Shown here: in pieces, positions 36,455-46,677 of the stretch
Position numbering within the stretch: position 1 is the stretch's first letter
How the letters are laid out: each line of letters opens with the position of its first letter
Assembly (NCBI RefSeq): GCF_964204645.1
Contig: NC_134028.1
Coordinates: forward strand, 11,393,263-11,457,262
Direction: 5' to 3'
DNA: 64,000 nucleotides
From: Tubulanus polymorphus
Lineage: Eukaryota; Animalia; Nemertea
Position numbers and translations under genes: made by a program
Notes under the pieces: model-generated
What the model was told of the DNA's origin: nothing
Seen by the model: only the letters and a program-made list of their open reading frames with translations
The model's database searches: none

Positions 36455-36588
36455 TAAGGTATCTAATAGGGTATTAGGGTATGTATCAGGTATTAGGGTA
36501 TCTAATAGGGTATCAGGTATTAGGGTATCAGGTATTAGGGTATCTAATGGGGTATTAGGTATTAGGGTATCTAATACATAGGTATACA
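36455..36588. repeat. GGGTAT/TAATAGGG/TATTAGGG array in the convergent intergenic region (B)
   Basis: Direct inspection; shorter version in C at 51710-51787. Confidence 0.85.
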
Positions 36589-36593
36589 AATAG

Positions 36594-37208
36594 TTATTTT
36601 ATAAATTTATATTCATATGGAAATTGTAATCTCATAAGTAATTTGGAACCTTTATTATTTTTTAATTTATTCATATATTCATCATGTAATTCAGTAGGTA
36701 TAATTTGATTTTCTTCCAATGATTGTTGCATAGATTTTCTATCTTTGTTGTAGAATAAAACTAGAAATCTTATATTCTCTCTAAAATCTTTCACAATTGA
36801 ATTATATTTCTGATTTAAAACCCATGTTGTTATCCCAAAATGTCTACCAGAGAAAGCTAAATAACATAACTCGCTTTCTCTAATTTTAGAATCATGTAAA
36901 TTTGCGCAATCATCAATAATAAATAATGTATTTGATCCTTTATAAATATCTAATGCAATTTTTATACAATTATCTAAATTATCTTTCACTGTTTTAGAAT
37001 TTAATATAATAAACTTTTTATCTTTAAAAACTATATCTCTATTATACGTTTCATTCATTTCATAAGTTGGGCAGAATAATATTATATTATCAAAATGATT
37101 CTTATAAATAGTTTCTAATAAATATAATATGAAGTGTGTTTTACCACAATTTGTAACTCCAGTAACAAACATATTATGTGGTTCAAATATAAACAAATCT
37201 TTATTCAT
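36594..37208 (-). CDS. A32/FtsK-like genome packaging ATPase
   Basis: Walker A GVTNCGKT, Walker B LFIIDD, SGRH..TWVLNQ motif. Confidence 0.92.
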   Translation of the reverse strand: MNKDLFIFEPHNMFVTGVTNCGKTHFILYLLETIYKNHFDNIILFCPTYEMNETYNRDIVFKDKKFIILNSKTVKDNLDNCIKIALDIYKGSNTLFIIDDCANLHDSKIRESELCYLAFSGRHFGITTWVLNQKYNSIVKDFRENIRFLVLFYNKDRKSMQQSLEENQIIPTELHDEYMNKLKNNKGSKLLMRLQFPYEYKFIK

Positions 37209-38289
37209 TTATTCTTTTAATTTTACTAGATAAAATCCATTCATTAAATTTATCATCATATCCTTTATATTTCACCAAAGAATACTTTTTTCCTTTAAGA
37301 GTTTTTGTTTTCAATACCTTTTCTATTTTGTATTCTATTTCATCTGGATTTGGTACTAATGATAATTCTTGTTCATAAAAATAACCTAATATTTCTTCAT
37401 CTTTTAAATCAAACAATTTATAAACAAATGGTTTAGTTAATATTATCTTTTTAATCTTGAATATTTCTTCAGTAAAATTAGGGGTACAACCTTTATAAAA
37501 TGTTTTTCTATATTTAGAAATTCTAACATGTTGTCCTTTTTTAAATTTAGGGTCTCCAAAATCATGTGTAACAAATGCTCCATATAAATTATTCCAAACT
37601 ATTTCTGAATTTTCTTCTTTTCTAGCTTGTATAGGTTTCATATTTATAGAACTATGTTTAGAATTATTATAACCTTTCACCAAATCATCTAACACATCGA
37701 TATATTTATATGTTTCATTAGCAGTAAAATATTTCCACATTCTAGTTTTCAATGTTTTATTAAATCTTTCTATAACAGATGCTTTTTTATCTGAATGTGT
37801 TGAAAAATATTCTACATCGTTATAAGTTAATAGTTTTTTAAAATGTTTGTTATAAAATTCTTTACCTTCATCAAATTGTATTTTATCTGGGATAGCTTCT
37901 TTAAATATTAATTTGAAAGAATTTGTAACTTCTATACCAGTTTTATTTTTAATCGGGATACTCCATGCGTATCTACTGAATATATCTATAACATTTAGTA
38001 TCCAAAAATATCCTTTGTTATATTCTTCTAAGTTTTTCATATCAATTAAATCAGCTTGCCATTGTTGGTCAATATATGAAACCATTACTTTTCTTGTTAA
38101 ATATTTTTTATCCATCTTTTTATGAATTTGATATGTGGGTTGATTTTGTAACCATGATTTTAATTCACTATATTTTATACCACCATTATCAGATTTAATT
38201 TTATTCCATAATTCTGAAACGTTAGAATATGATACTTCACTTTCTGGGTTGTAATATAACGCTTTTAAATATTGTTCTTTTTTCATCAT
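37201..38289 (-). CDS. Retroviral-like (rve) integrase with C-terminal chromodomain
   Basis: WQADLID, IDIFSRYAW, QFDEGKEF, ASVIERFNKTLK; YKIEKVL..YSLVKYKGY..NEWI chromodomain. Confidence 0.95.
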   Translation of the reverse strand: MMKKEQYLKALYYNPESEVSYSNVSELWNKIKSDNGGIKYSELKSWLQNQPTYQIHKKMDKKYLTRKVMVSYIDQQWQADLIDMKNLEEYNKGYFWILNVIDIFSRYAWSIPIKNKTGIEVTNSFKLIFKEAIPDKIQFDEGKEFYNKHFKKLLTYNDVEYFSTHSDKKASVIERFNKTLKTRMWKYFTANETYKYIDVLDDLVKGYNNSKHSSINMKPIQARKEENSEIVWNNLYGAFVTHDFGDPKFKKGQHVRISKYRKTFYKGCTPNFTEEIFKIKKIILTKPFVYKLFDLKDEEILGYFYEQELSLVPNPDEIEYKIEKVLKTKTLKGKKYSLVKYKGYDDKFNEWILSSKIKRINE

Positions 38290-38292
38290 ATT

Positions 38293-38703
38293 TTAATCCA
38301 TTAATAATATTTTAGATTTAGTTTCATTTGATTTATTTTCTGGTATGATAGGTTTATTGTCTGTACACGGATAACTAAGTTTCCGATCATCGGAATCATC
38401 TTTATCATCAGAATTGAATTTTGATTTATATATTACACCGGATAATATAATAACTGTTACTAATCCAATTGTAATATATAATTTATAATTACTTCCAGCA
38501 TTAGAAGAATTAGATGGATTATTATTTGAATCAATACCACCGTGTGGGTGCTGTACGGCACCATCAGATAAAGTCTGTGATTCATTTATATCAGTTAATT
38601 TCTTTTTCTTAGCTTTTTTTAATTCTGATGATCTTTTACCTAATTCTCTTGCCCATTTAATTTGTTTCTCGGATCTAGCCTTTTTCTTAACTCCATCACT
38701 CAT
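38293..38703 (-). CDS. 136-aa basic N-terminus, single-TM protein
   Basis: RSEKQIKWARELG; TM LYITIGLVTVIILSGVIY; homolog at 53489-53836. Confidence 0.75.
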   Translation of the reverse strand: MSDGVKKKARSEKQIKWARELGKRSSELKKAKKKKLTDINESQTLSDGAVQHPHGGIDSNNNPSNSSNAGSNYKLYITIGLVTVIILSGVIYKSKFNSDDKDDSDDRKLSYPCTDNKPIIPENKSNETKSKILLMD

Positions 38704-39298
38704 TTATTTTAGTTAATTTTTGTTCTGATTCATTTTCTGTTTCAACGTTTTGTTGTAGTACATCTGTTTCGTTCTTACCTGATTTATATTCCATAGGCTT
38801 GATATTCGAAAATGTTATAACTCCAGTAGAAATCAATGTCATAACCGATCCTAATTGAAATGAAGCATATCCAACCCATTTTTGTAATTCAGTCATAACT
38901 AAATAGTCATTTTTCAAATCATTATATAATTTATTTTCATCATCAATTGGTATTAACTGGTTACATAATTTTGAATAACATTTGACAATACCATTAGAAA
39001 TAGAATCATTTATTCTAGCTAATCTTGACTCTTCATAAATCTTAGAATATTTTATTACTTGATCGGGTTTCATAGCATCTAGTTCTTGAAAAGTAATGAT
39101 TCTATTTAAAAACTCCTTAGATTTCCCGCCAGCAATTAATAATTCAAGATGATGCTTACAATATAAATAGTATTCATAATCTATATTGTTATTAACTTGA
39201 ATAGAATTAGAAACAACTGTATCTTTATTATCACTAATACCTAAATCATCTAATGTTTTTTCAATATCAATACTATTCTTATTAGATTTCTTTGACAT
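38696..39298 (-). CDS. 200-aa hypothetical protein
   Basis: Intact in B and C; TAAATG start; hydrophobic segment near the C-terminus. Confidence 0.8.
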   Translation of the reverse strand: MSKKSNKNSIDIEKTLDDLGISDNKDTVVSNSIQVNNNIDYEYYLYCKHHLELLIAGGKSKEFLNRIITFQELDAMKPDQVIKYSKIYEESRLARINDSISNGIVKCYSKLCNQLIPIDDENKLYNDLKNDYLVMTELQKWVGYASFQLGSVMTLISTGVITFSNIKPMEYKSGKNETDVLQQNVETENESEQKLTKINE

Positions 39299-39546
39299 TT
39301 ATATTAGAAAAAAAAACAAAAAAAATATTATAAGTATTCTTCAAATGATACTAGATAGTTAAAGCTAAAGAATTCTAGTATTGACTACTGATACTAGCTA
39401 TTTGAATTTAAAGAATTTCTATTCGGATCTATTCAAAATATAAAGTATTCTCTTTTTGAAAAGAAAATATTAAAAATATAATAGAATTCGCTAGCTAGTT
39501 GAAGTTATTGTTTTTTAAATACTTTTTATTTAAAATCTATTATTCT

Positions 39547-39573
39547 TTAACCACTCATTAAAGACTCAACGTA
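39547..39573 (-). pseudogene. Detached 3' end (YVESLMSG*) of the HNH gene of B
   Basis: Continues 58350-58994 across nested element C; matches the end of 54657-55439. Confidence 0.85.
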
Positions 39574-40088
39574 AGTAATAGGGGTTTAGTTGTTTCATAC
39601 CAAAGGTCGAAAGGTCGAGCCCATTAAAAAACAAAATATTAAAAGTAATTAAAAACTATAATATATTTTCATAACCGCGTGCATTTTAGTTGAATAATAG
39701 AATAATAGAATAATTATTATCATTTGAATATATTTGATTATTTGATTTAATACAATATGCTTTTTATATTATTGATATCTTAGAATAAATATTTAGTTTT
39801 GATATAAAAAGCACGCGGTTATGAAAAAATATTATAGTTTTTTAATTACTTTTAATATTTTGTTATTAATGAACTCGATCATTAAACCTTTGATATGAAA
39901 CAACTAAACCCCTATTACTCTTAAAATATTCAGATATATGAATAAAATATAAATCATTGAACTTCTAAAATCAATTTTAATAAAAAATATAGTATTAAAA
40001 TGGAAGCAAATAAGTACTACTGCCCAACATGTAATATCGATATAGACAAGTCTCAAAAAGCAAGACACAATAAAACTATAACACATTT
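39574..40088 (+). repeat. Left TIR of C (hairpin 39574-39919 plus polB start)
   Basis: Inverted match to 57834-58349 with about 4 visible differences. Confidence 0.95.
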
Positions 40089-43000
40089 AGAGAATAAATT
40101 GAAACTAGAATATAAAGATGATATATTAGAAACTAAATTAGAAGAATTAAAGAAAGAAAAAGAAACATATAAATGTGATACATGTAATCTATCATTCAGT
40201 GATAAAAGATATTATAAAGAACATTTAAAATCTATAAGTCATATTAGAAATAAGAATAATGATATTTTAGGTGAAGATTATTTTGATAATGATAACGATA
40301 AGAAACAGAAGACAATTAAAAGAATAAAAAATAAATTAAACAATAAAAGACCATACATGGAAGATGTAAGAAATTATATTAATTCATTAGATAATAAAAA
40401 AGATATAGAGATAACCGAAGCATTTAAAAGTGATATTGGTCCAGCAGCTATTGAGTTTAAATTTCATAAAGGTAAAACAATAGAAGAAAATAAAAAACAT
40501 TTAGAAAATATGAAAGAAATAATAAAAATAATTACAGATGTTGAATATCCTAAAATTAGTATATCTTCTAAAGTAAAGTTTATAAAATCTGAAGATAAAC
40601 CAATATATAATATAAATTCTCATTCACAACATATTATATCTAAACAACATATAGATGATAAATTAAATAAATGTTATAATGAAATAAAAACTAAAATAGA
40701 AGAGAAATATTTTGAAGGATCTGGTTTAATATTTGATGAGATAATATTTATAACTTTACATGTTTATAACACAAAATATAATAAGTTAACTAAATCAAAA
40801 CCAATTGATGAAAATGATTTATCATATTATAAAGATGATAGTATAAATGGAACAAGTTATATTAAACTACCATTTAAAACTAATGCTGTAATAAATGTAC
40901 AAAATGAAGATGATAAATGTTTTCTATGGGCTATAATAAGTTGTTTACATCCAACAGAAGATATTACACATAGTTTTAGATTAACTCATTATAAACCATT
41001 TGAAAATAATTATAAGATAGATAAGTATCCTGTTAGAATTAAAAACATCCCCAAAATAGAAAGAGATAATAATATAAAGATAAATGTATTTGATTTAATC
41101 AAATTACCAAATACAAAAGGAAATAATATTAAACATTATACATTAGAACCTTTATACCTATCAAAAGATTATGATTCAAACGATGTTATAGATATATTAT
41201 ATTATGAAAATCATTACATGTGGATTAAACAAATCGATTTATTTTTTAAATCAGAAAATGATTTTGATAATAAAATATATCTATGTAGAAAATGTTTACA
41301 TAAATTCAGAACTGAAGGTGCATTATTAAATCATAAACAACTATGTGATAATCATGATTATTGTAAATTAGTTTTACCAAATGAAAAAGATAAAATATTA
41401 GAATTCAAAAAATATGATTACAAAAATAAAGTACCATTTGTAATATATGGAGATTTTGAATCATTAAATAAAGAATTAACAGATAAAGATAGAAAAGATA
41501 TATATTATAAAAGAAAGAAATTAAATTCTAATGAAAATGATTTTTCAGATGAACCACCAATAACAAATACTATTAAAAAGATTCATCAATCAGCTGCTGC
41601 TTTCGGGTTATATATAAAATCTGATTATCCAGAACTTATTAAAAGTGAATATTATCATTATAGAAATGAAAATGTTATCAATCATTTTTGTGACTTATTA
41701 ATTGAATATGAAATAAGATTTAGTAAATTATTGAATACAAATAAAGAAATAATTATGACAGAAGAAGATAAAGAAGAATTCGAGTTTGCAGATAAATGTT
41801 ATTATTGTGAAAAACTATTTAATTATAAAGATAAAAAAGTAAGAGACCATGATCATTTGAATGGTAAATTTAGAGGTGCAGCGCATGAGGCTTGCAATTT
41901 ACAAGCCAAAAAAGTAAATTTTGTCCCCATTATATTTCACAATTTATCGGGGTATGACGCGCATTTATTCATTAAGCAACTGTGTCATAAAATAGAAGAA
42001 ATTAATAATGAAATAGAAATATTAAATTCAAATAGATCAAAAGATAACAAAGTATCAACTTATAAATTTAAAATACTAGCTAAAACATCTGAAAATTATA
42101 TTTCATTTCAATTTGGTTGCATTAGATTTTTAGATTCTTATAGATTTCTAGCAAGTTCATTAGATAATTTATCAAAATCATTAGTTGATGATGAATTACA
42201 AATATTAAAACAACATTATCAAAATAATAATGATTTTAAATTAATGGGATATAAAGGTGCAATTCCATATTCTTTCTATAAAAATCATAATGATTTTAAA
42301 ATAACTGAATTATTGAAAGAACAATTCTATGATGAATTAAAAAATGAATATGTTAAAGATGAAGTCTATAATAGAACATTGAATATTTGGAATCATTTCG
42401 AAATTAAAAATCATGGTCAATTAGTAGATTTATATTTAAAATCAGATGTATTATTATTAACCGATATATTTGAAAGGTTTAGAGATGTAAACCTAAAATA
42501 TTTTAATATTGATCCTTGTCATTGTTATTCATCACCAGGATTAACATGGGATTGTGGTTTAAAATTTACAAATATAAAAATGGATTTGTTAACAAATATA
42601 GATCAATTACTATTATTTGAAAAATCTATAAGAGGAGGTGTTTCAGGTGTATTGGGTGATAGATATTTCAATGTAAATGATAACCCTGGATATAAATTAT
42701 TATACATAGATGCAAATAACCTTTATGGTTGGGCAATGATGGAACCACAACCTTATGGGATGTTTGAAATAACTGAAGTTTTACAAATTGATAAATTTGA
42801 TTGGAAGAAAAGAATCCTAGATATTGCAGATGATTCAGATACTGGTTACTTCTTTGTTGTAGATTTAGAATACCCTGAAAATATTAAATTCAAATCTAGA
42901 AATCTAGCTTACTGTCCCGAACATAAAACTGTTAAACATGAAGAATTATCAAATTACCAAAAAAGAATTAAACCCGATAATCATATTCATACTGAAAAGT

Positions 43001-44034
43001 TAATGGTAACTCAAGAAGATAAATATAATTACGTTGTGCATTATAGAATGTTGAAGTTTTATTTGAATCAAGGAATGATATTAAAAAAAGTACATAGATA
43101 TATTTCATTTAGTCAATCGAAGTGGTTAGAAAAATATATAGATTTTAACACCAAACAGAGAACTGAAGCAAAAACTGATTTTGAAAAAGATTTTTTTAAG
43201 TTAATGAACAATGCGTTCTATGGTAAGACTTGTGAAAATATTAGAAATCGAAATGATATTGAGTTAGTTAGTAATGGTAAAAGGATAAGGCATTTACAAT
43301 CATATCCTAAGTTTATAGGTAACAGAATATTTGATGAAAATTTAGCAGCAGTTAAAATGAGAAGAACAAGTATGAAATTTAATAAACCGATTTATGTTGG
43401 AGCTGCAGTTTTAGAATTATCAAAGTTATTAATGTATGAATTCTATTATAATATATTACAACCTCATTTTGGAGAAAAAAATATAGAAATATTATATTTT
43501 GATACAGATTCTTACATATTAAAGATAAAAACTGATAACATAACTGATGATTTAAAAATATTAAAACACCATTTTGATTTCAGTAACTATCCAAAAAATC
43601 ATGAACTATTTAGCAATGATAATAAAAAAGTTCCTGGGAAGTTTAAGGATGAATTAGGTGGTGAAGAAATGATAGAGTTCATTGGTATTAGATCTAAAAT
43701 GTATAGTTATAAAACTAAAGAACATGAAGCTAAAAAGTTAAAAGGAATAACCAAAAGTGTAGTAGAAAAGAATATTCATTTCAAAGATTACATCAATTGT
43801 ATATTCAAAGAAGAAGTTAGAAAACATAAAATGAAATGTTTAAGATCTGAGTACCACGAAATGTTTATTGAAGAAATTGAAAAGATAAGTCTAAACCCAT
43901 TTGATGATAAAAGATATATTTTAGATGATGGAATCCACACAGTCGCCTATGGTTGCAATTTAGATGAATATATAAAATTCAAAAGAGAAGAAACAAAAGA
44001 AAATGAAATTATGAAAAGAATTCTAACGTGTTAA
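40000..44034 (+). CDS. polB: Protein-primed family B DNA polymerase, intact (zinc fingers, terminal-protein/vOTU-like N-terminal region, endonuclease VII-like insert)
   Basis: Exo YGDFES, FHNLSGYD; pol IDANNLYG, KLMNNAFYGK, YFDTDS; CYYC..VRDHDHLNGKFRGAAH..CN insert; DKCFLW...ENHY putative Cys/His dyad. Confidence 0.97.
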   Translation: MEANKYYCPTCNIDIDKSQKARHNKTITHLENKLKLEYKDDILETKLEELKKEKETYKCDTCNLSFSDKRYYKEHLKSISHIRNKNNDILGEDYFDNDNDKKQKTIKRIKNKLNNKRPYMEDVRNYINSLDNKKDIEITEAFKSDIGPAAIEFKFHKGKTIEENKKHLENMKEIIKIITDVEYPKISISSKVKFIKSEDKPIYNINSHSQHIISKQHIDDKLNKCYNEIKTKIEEKYFEGSGLIFDEIIFITLHVYNTKYNKLTKSKPIDENDLSYYKDDSINGTSYIKLPFKTNAVINVQNEDDKCFLWAIISCLHPTEDITHSFRLTHYKPFENNYKIDKYPVRIKNIPKIERDNNIKINVFDLIKLPNTKGNNIKHYTLEPLYLSKDYDSNDVIDILYYENHYMWIKQIDLFFKSENDFDNKIYLCRKCLHKFRTEGALLNHKQLCDNHDYCKLVLPNEKDKILEFKKYDYKNKVPFVIYGDFESLNKELTDKDRKDIYYKRKKLNSNENDFSDEPPITNTIKKIHQSAAAFGLYIKSDYPELIKSEYYHYRNENVINHFCDLLIEYEIRFSKLLNTNKEIIMTEEDKEEFEFADKCYYCEKLFNYKDKKVRDHDHLNGKFRGAAHEACNLQAKKVNFVPIIFHNLSGYDAHLFIKQLCHKIEEINNEIEILNSNRSKDNKVSTYKFKILAKTSENYISFQFGCIRFLDSYRFLASSLDNLSKSLVDDELQILKQHYQNNNDFKLMGYKGAIPYSFYKNHNDFKITELLKEQFYDELKNEYVKDEVYNRTLNIWNHFEIKNHGQLVDLYLKSDVLLLTDIFERFRDVNLKYFNIDPCHCYSSPGLTWDCGLKFTNIKMDLLTNIDQLLLFEKSIRGGVSGVLGDRYFNVNDNPGYKLLYIDANNLYGWAMMEPQPYGMFEITEVLQIDKFDWKKRILDIADDSDTGYFFVVDLEYPENIKFKSRNLAYCPEHKTVKHEELSNYQKRIKPDNHIHTEKLMVTQEDKYNYVVHYRMLKFYLNQGMILKKVHRYISFSQSKWLEKYIDFNTKQRTEAKTDFEKDFFKLMNNAFYGKTCENIRNRNDIELVSNGKRIRHLQSYPKFIGNRIFDENLAAVKMRRTSMKFNKPIYVGAAVLELSKLLMYEFYYNILQPHFGEKNIEILYFDTDSYILKIKTDNITDDLKILKHHFDFSNYPKNHELFSNDNKKVPGKFKDELGGEEMIEFIGIRSKMYSYKTKEHEAKKLKGITKSVVEKNIHFKDYINCIFKEEVRKHKMKCLRSEYHEMFIEEIEKISLNPFDDKRYILDDGIHTVAYGCNLDEYIKFKREETKENEIMKRILTC

Positions 44035-44062
44035 TCAATTTCAATAAAAATTTGTATAATAA

Positions 44063-44404
44063 ATGGAGAGTAAACAAGTACACAGTGAATTCTTAGATAG
44101 AATTAAAGATACCACAAATGTAAAATCTGTAGATTATAAATTTAAAAAACTAACTGAGTTAACAATTCACAAGAAATATTTAATTACAAATATTGTTACA
44201 GTTACTAACAAATATGGAGATAAATTAGTTATACACTTAGAATATGAAGGATTAAAAGGAAATAAATATAAATTCAGAACTTATTTACCAGATAGATTTC
44301 ATAGATTATCAAGTGAAGATCTAGAAGAATTATGTTCTGGAGATTTCTATTTCGTATACAAAGGTAAGAATGAAAAAGGACACCATGAAATAGATTTCGA
44401 ATAA
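44063..44404 (+). CDS. 113-aa protein, possible OB-fold SSB
   Basis: Ortholog of 28552-28893. Confidence 0.6.
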   Translation: MESKQVHSEFLDRIKDTTNVKSVDYKFKKLTELTIHKKYLITNIVTVTNKYGDKLVIHLEYEGLKGNKYKFRTYLPDRFHRLSSEDLEELCSGDFYFVYKGKNEKGHHEIDFE

Positions 44405-44421
44405 GAAAATATGTAAAATAA

Positions 44422-45180
44422 ATGGCGGAATTAAAAGAATACAGAATATTTGTTGATTCTAGAAGGCTTACAAATTATAAATCACATAATTTACTAGTAC
44501 AATTAGATAGAGAATTTAAGAATTGTGTAGATTTAAAATTAGTAAATATAAGTTTATGTAATTCTTTTTACAATGTATCGGATAAGTCTATTGAACATAG
44601 AGTCTTTTTAATTTATGATAGAAATAAAAGTAAATGGTTTCATCTTTATCTTAAACCAGGATTATATAATTTAGAAACATTAGCTCAAGAAATTAATAGA
44701 AGAGCTCGGTTGAAAATGTGTGCATCTGCTGGATTTGGATTAAGACTGATTAAAAGTGATAGTTCTGATAAAATAAGAATAAAATTAGGTAATGAAGATC
44801 AACATCAATTTCTAGTTAAAAAACCTTTAGCTAAAATTTTAGGAATAACCCCAGATGTAAGGATACGCAATGCTGATGCTACACCAAATATAATGCCTTT
44901 TACACATTTTTATATCTATTGCAATTTAATCGATCCTACAAAAACATTCGAAGCAACTAAAGATATAACTTGTAATTCTGGTTTACTAAACATTTTACCA
45001 TTGAAGAATGTTAAAGAATTTGGAACGCAAATAAATTATAATTTAACAGAATGTGATTTCAAACCTTGCATTCCTCGTTTTAATAATTTTAGATTAGAAA
45101 TTAGAAATCATAATGGATACTTAATTGATTTAAATAATTTCCCTGTAATTTATGAATTAGTTATAAGATGTAAAGAGTAA
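44422..45180 (+). CDS. Minor capsid (penton) protein
   Basis: Ortholog of 28909-29670 with a divergent central block. Confidence 0.75.
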   Translation: MAELKEYRIFVDSRRLTNYKSHNLLVQLDREFKNCVDLKLVNISLCNSFYNVSDKSIEHRVFLIYDRNKSKWFHLYLKPGLYNLETLAQEINRRARLKMCASAGFGLRLIKSDSSDKIRIKLGNEDQHQFLVKKPLAKILGITPDVRIRNADATPNIMPFTHFYIYCNLIDPTKTFEATKDITCNSGLLNILPLKNVKEFGTQINYNLTECDFKPCIPRFNNFRLEIRNHNGYLIDLNNFPVIYELVIRCKE

Positions 45181-45196
45181 TTTTTTCATTATATAA

Positions 45197-45538
45197 ATGA
45201 ATATAACTGTTGGACCGAGTATATGTTTTGGGTTTGATTTTAAACATGGTAAAGAAATGAGAATTAAACTAAATGATGTAATTACTGATATAAAAAGTAA
45301 ATCATTTAACAATGCATCAATGATTGATAAAGAAAAGTATAATATAGAAAAAGTAATTGATTTAATTAAATCACCTTTAGAATATTATGAATTAAATGAA
45401 GATGGAATTATTGATGATATTAAAAACATATTATCCAAAATATATGATAATCATAAAACTAGTAATGAAATAAATGTTGAAATAATCATAAATAAGATAA
45501 CTAAATATTTTGATGATAGTAATTTTTTTGATAAATAA
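45197..45538 (+). CDS. Hypothetical 113-aa protein
   Basis: Ortholog of 29688-30029. Confidence 0.75.
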   Translation: MNITVGPSICFGFDFKHGKEMRIKLNDVITDIKSKSFNNASMIDKEKYNIEKVIDLIKSPLEYYELNEDGIIDDIKNILSKIYDNHKTSNEINVEIIINKITKYFDDSNFFDK

Positions 45539-45760
45539 ATGAGTGATAATAAGTGGATAATAACTGGATTATATAATGGCGCATTACTATCAGTTGGAAC
45601 TGTTGGTTATTCAATGGTATTAAAAAAAGTATTCAAAATGGGAAGTGTTAATGTTGATAGATTTGATATAAATGATATTTTAAAGTTAACATTAGCAGTT
45701 ACTTCATCTAATTTAACTATTGATTATTTGGAAAAACAAAAATATATTCCTCCCATATAA
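45539..45760 (+). CDS. 73-aa small hydrophobic protein
   Basis: Intact; conserved in A. Confidence 0.75.
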   Translation: MSDNKWIITGLYNGALLSVGTVGYSMVLKKVFKMGSVNVDRFDINDILKLTLAVTSSNLTIDYLEKQKYIPPI

Positions 45761-45784
45761 ATGCATATTTTTTTTGTTAAATAA

Positions 45785-46207
45785 ATGGCTTCTGCAATTA
45801 TAACTATTATAGGATCGGCAATTGTTAACGCTTTAGCATTTACTGGTGGTGGATATTTATTTAAACATATTGATAAAAATAGTTCATTAGGAGAACAAAG
45901 AAGACATAATTAAGCGTTAGAGAAATACAATAAAGCTGCAGAAGAATATAGAGAAAAAAGACAAAACTATATGGATTACATCAATAAAGAATTATATGAT
46001 CAGAAGATTTCACATAGAGATTTTCAATCAGTTGATGATGCTATGAGTTTATATAACGCAGTAACAAATAAAGAAAAATTACATCTATACAAACCCAAAT
46101 TATCAGATTATTATACCCCAAGTAAAGAACAACAGAAATATGAAATAATATGGATTTTAGGTGGAACAGTTATTGTTATATTTGTTGCTTATAAGTTTAC
46201 TAATTAG
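45785..46207 (+). pseudogene. 140-aa membrane protein (C), nonsense at 45911
   Basis: CATAATTAAGCG vs CATAACTTAGCG in B. Confidence 0.8.
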
Positions 46208-46226
46208 TAATTTTTATTCTAAATAA

Positions 46227-46661
46227 ATGGAAGATAAAGTTGATAGTATTGATATTATTCCTCATGATATAAATAAAACTAAATTAAAAACATATTTAGA
46301 AAAACATATATTAGAATTTGAAAGTGACTTAAAGATAAAAAAGAAAAAATATTTAAAAAGTAAAATTATATATTATTTGATTATAAGTGGTTCGGTTACA
46401 ATTAGTTCTGTAATAACATTTTTAGCAATATTCAGTACATTAACGCCTTTAGCTATATCAATTGGTGTGTTAGGATTAAGTTCAAGGGTTTTAACCGGTA
46501 TAAGTTCAAAATTAAATATAAAAAGTAATAAAGAAAAAATCAAAACTAATATAAAAGAAATTAATAAATTAAAGAACACACTAGATTATATAATAAGTTT
46601 AAATGGTCATATAACAGTTGAAGAACAAGATAAATTATTAAAAGAATTAATAAATTATTAA
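46227..46661 (+). CDS. 144-aa two-TM protein flanked by coiled coils
   Basis: Hydrophobic hairpin IIYYLIISGSV..LAIF..LAISIGVLGLSS. Confidence 0.8.
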   Translation: MEDKVDSIDIIPHDINKTKLKTYLEKHILEFESDLKIKKKKYLKSKIIYYLIISGSVTISSVITFLAIFSTLTPLAISIGVLGLSSRVLTGISSKLNIKSNKEKIKTNIKEINKLKNTLDYIISLNGHITVEEQDKLLKELINY

Positions 46662-46677
46662 TTTTTTAATTATATAA

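Noticed and set aside
36389-36589. 66-aa ORF with DTLIP repeats
   Set aside because: Translation of the GGGTAT array; not conserved in C.
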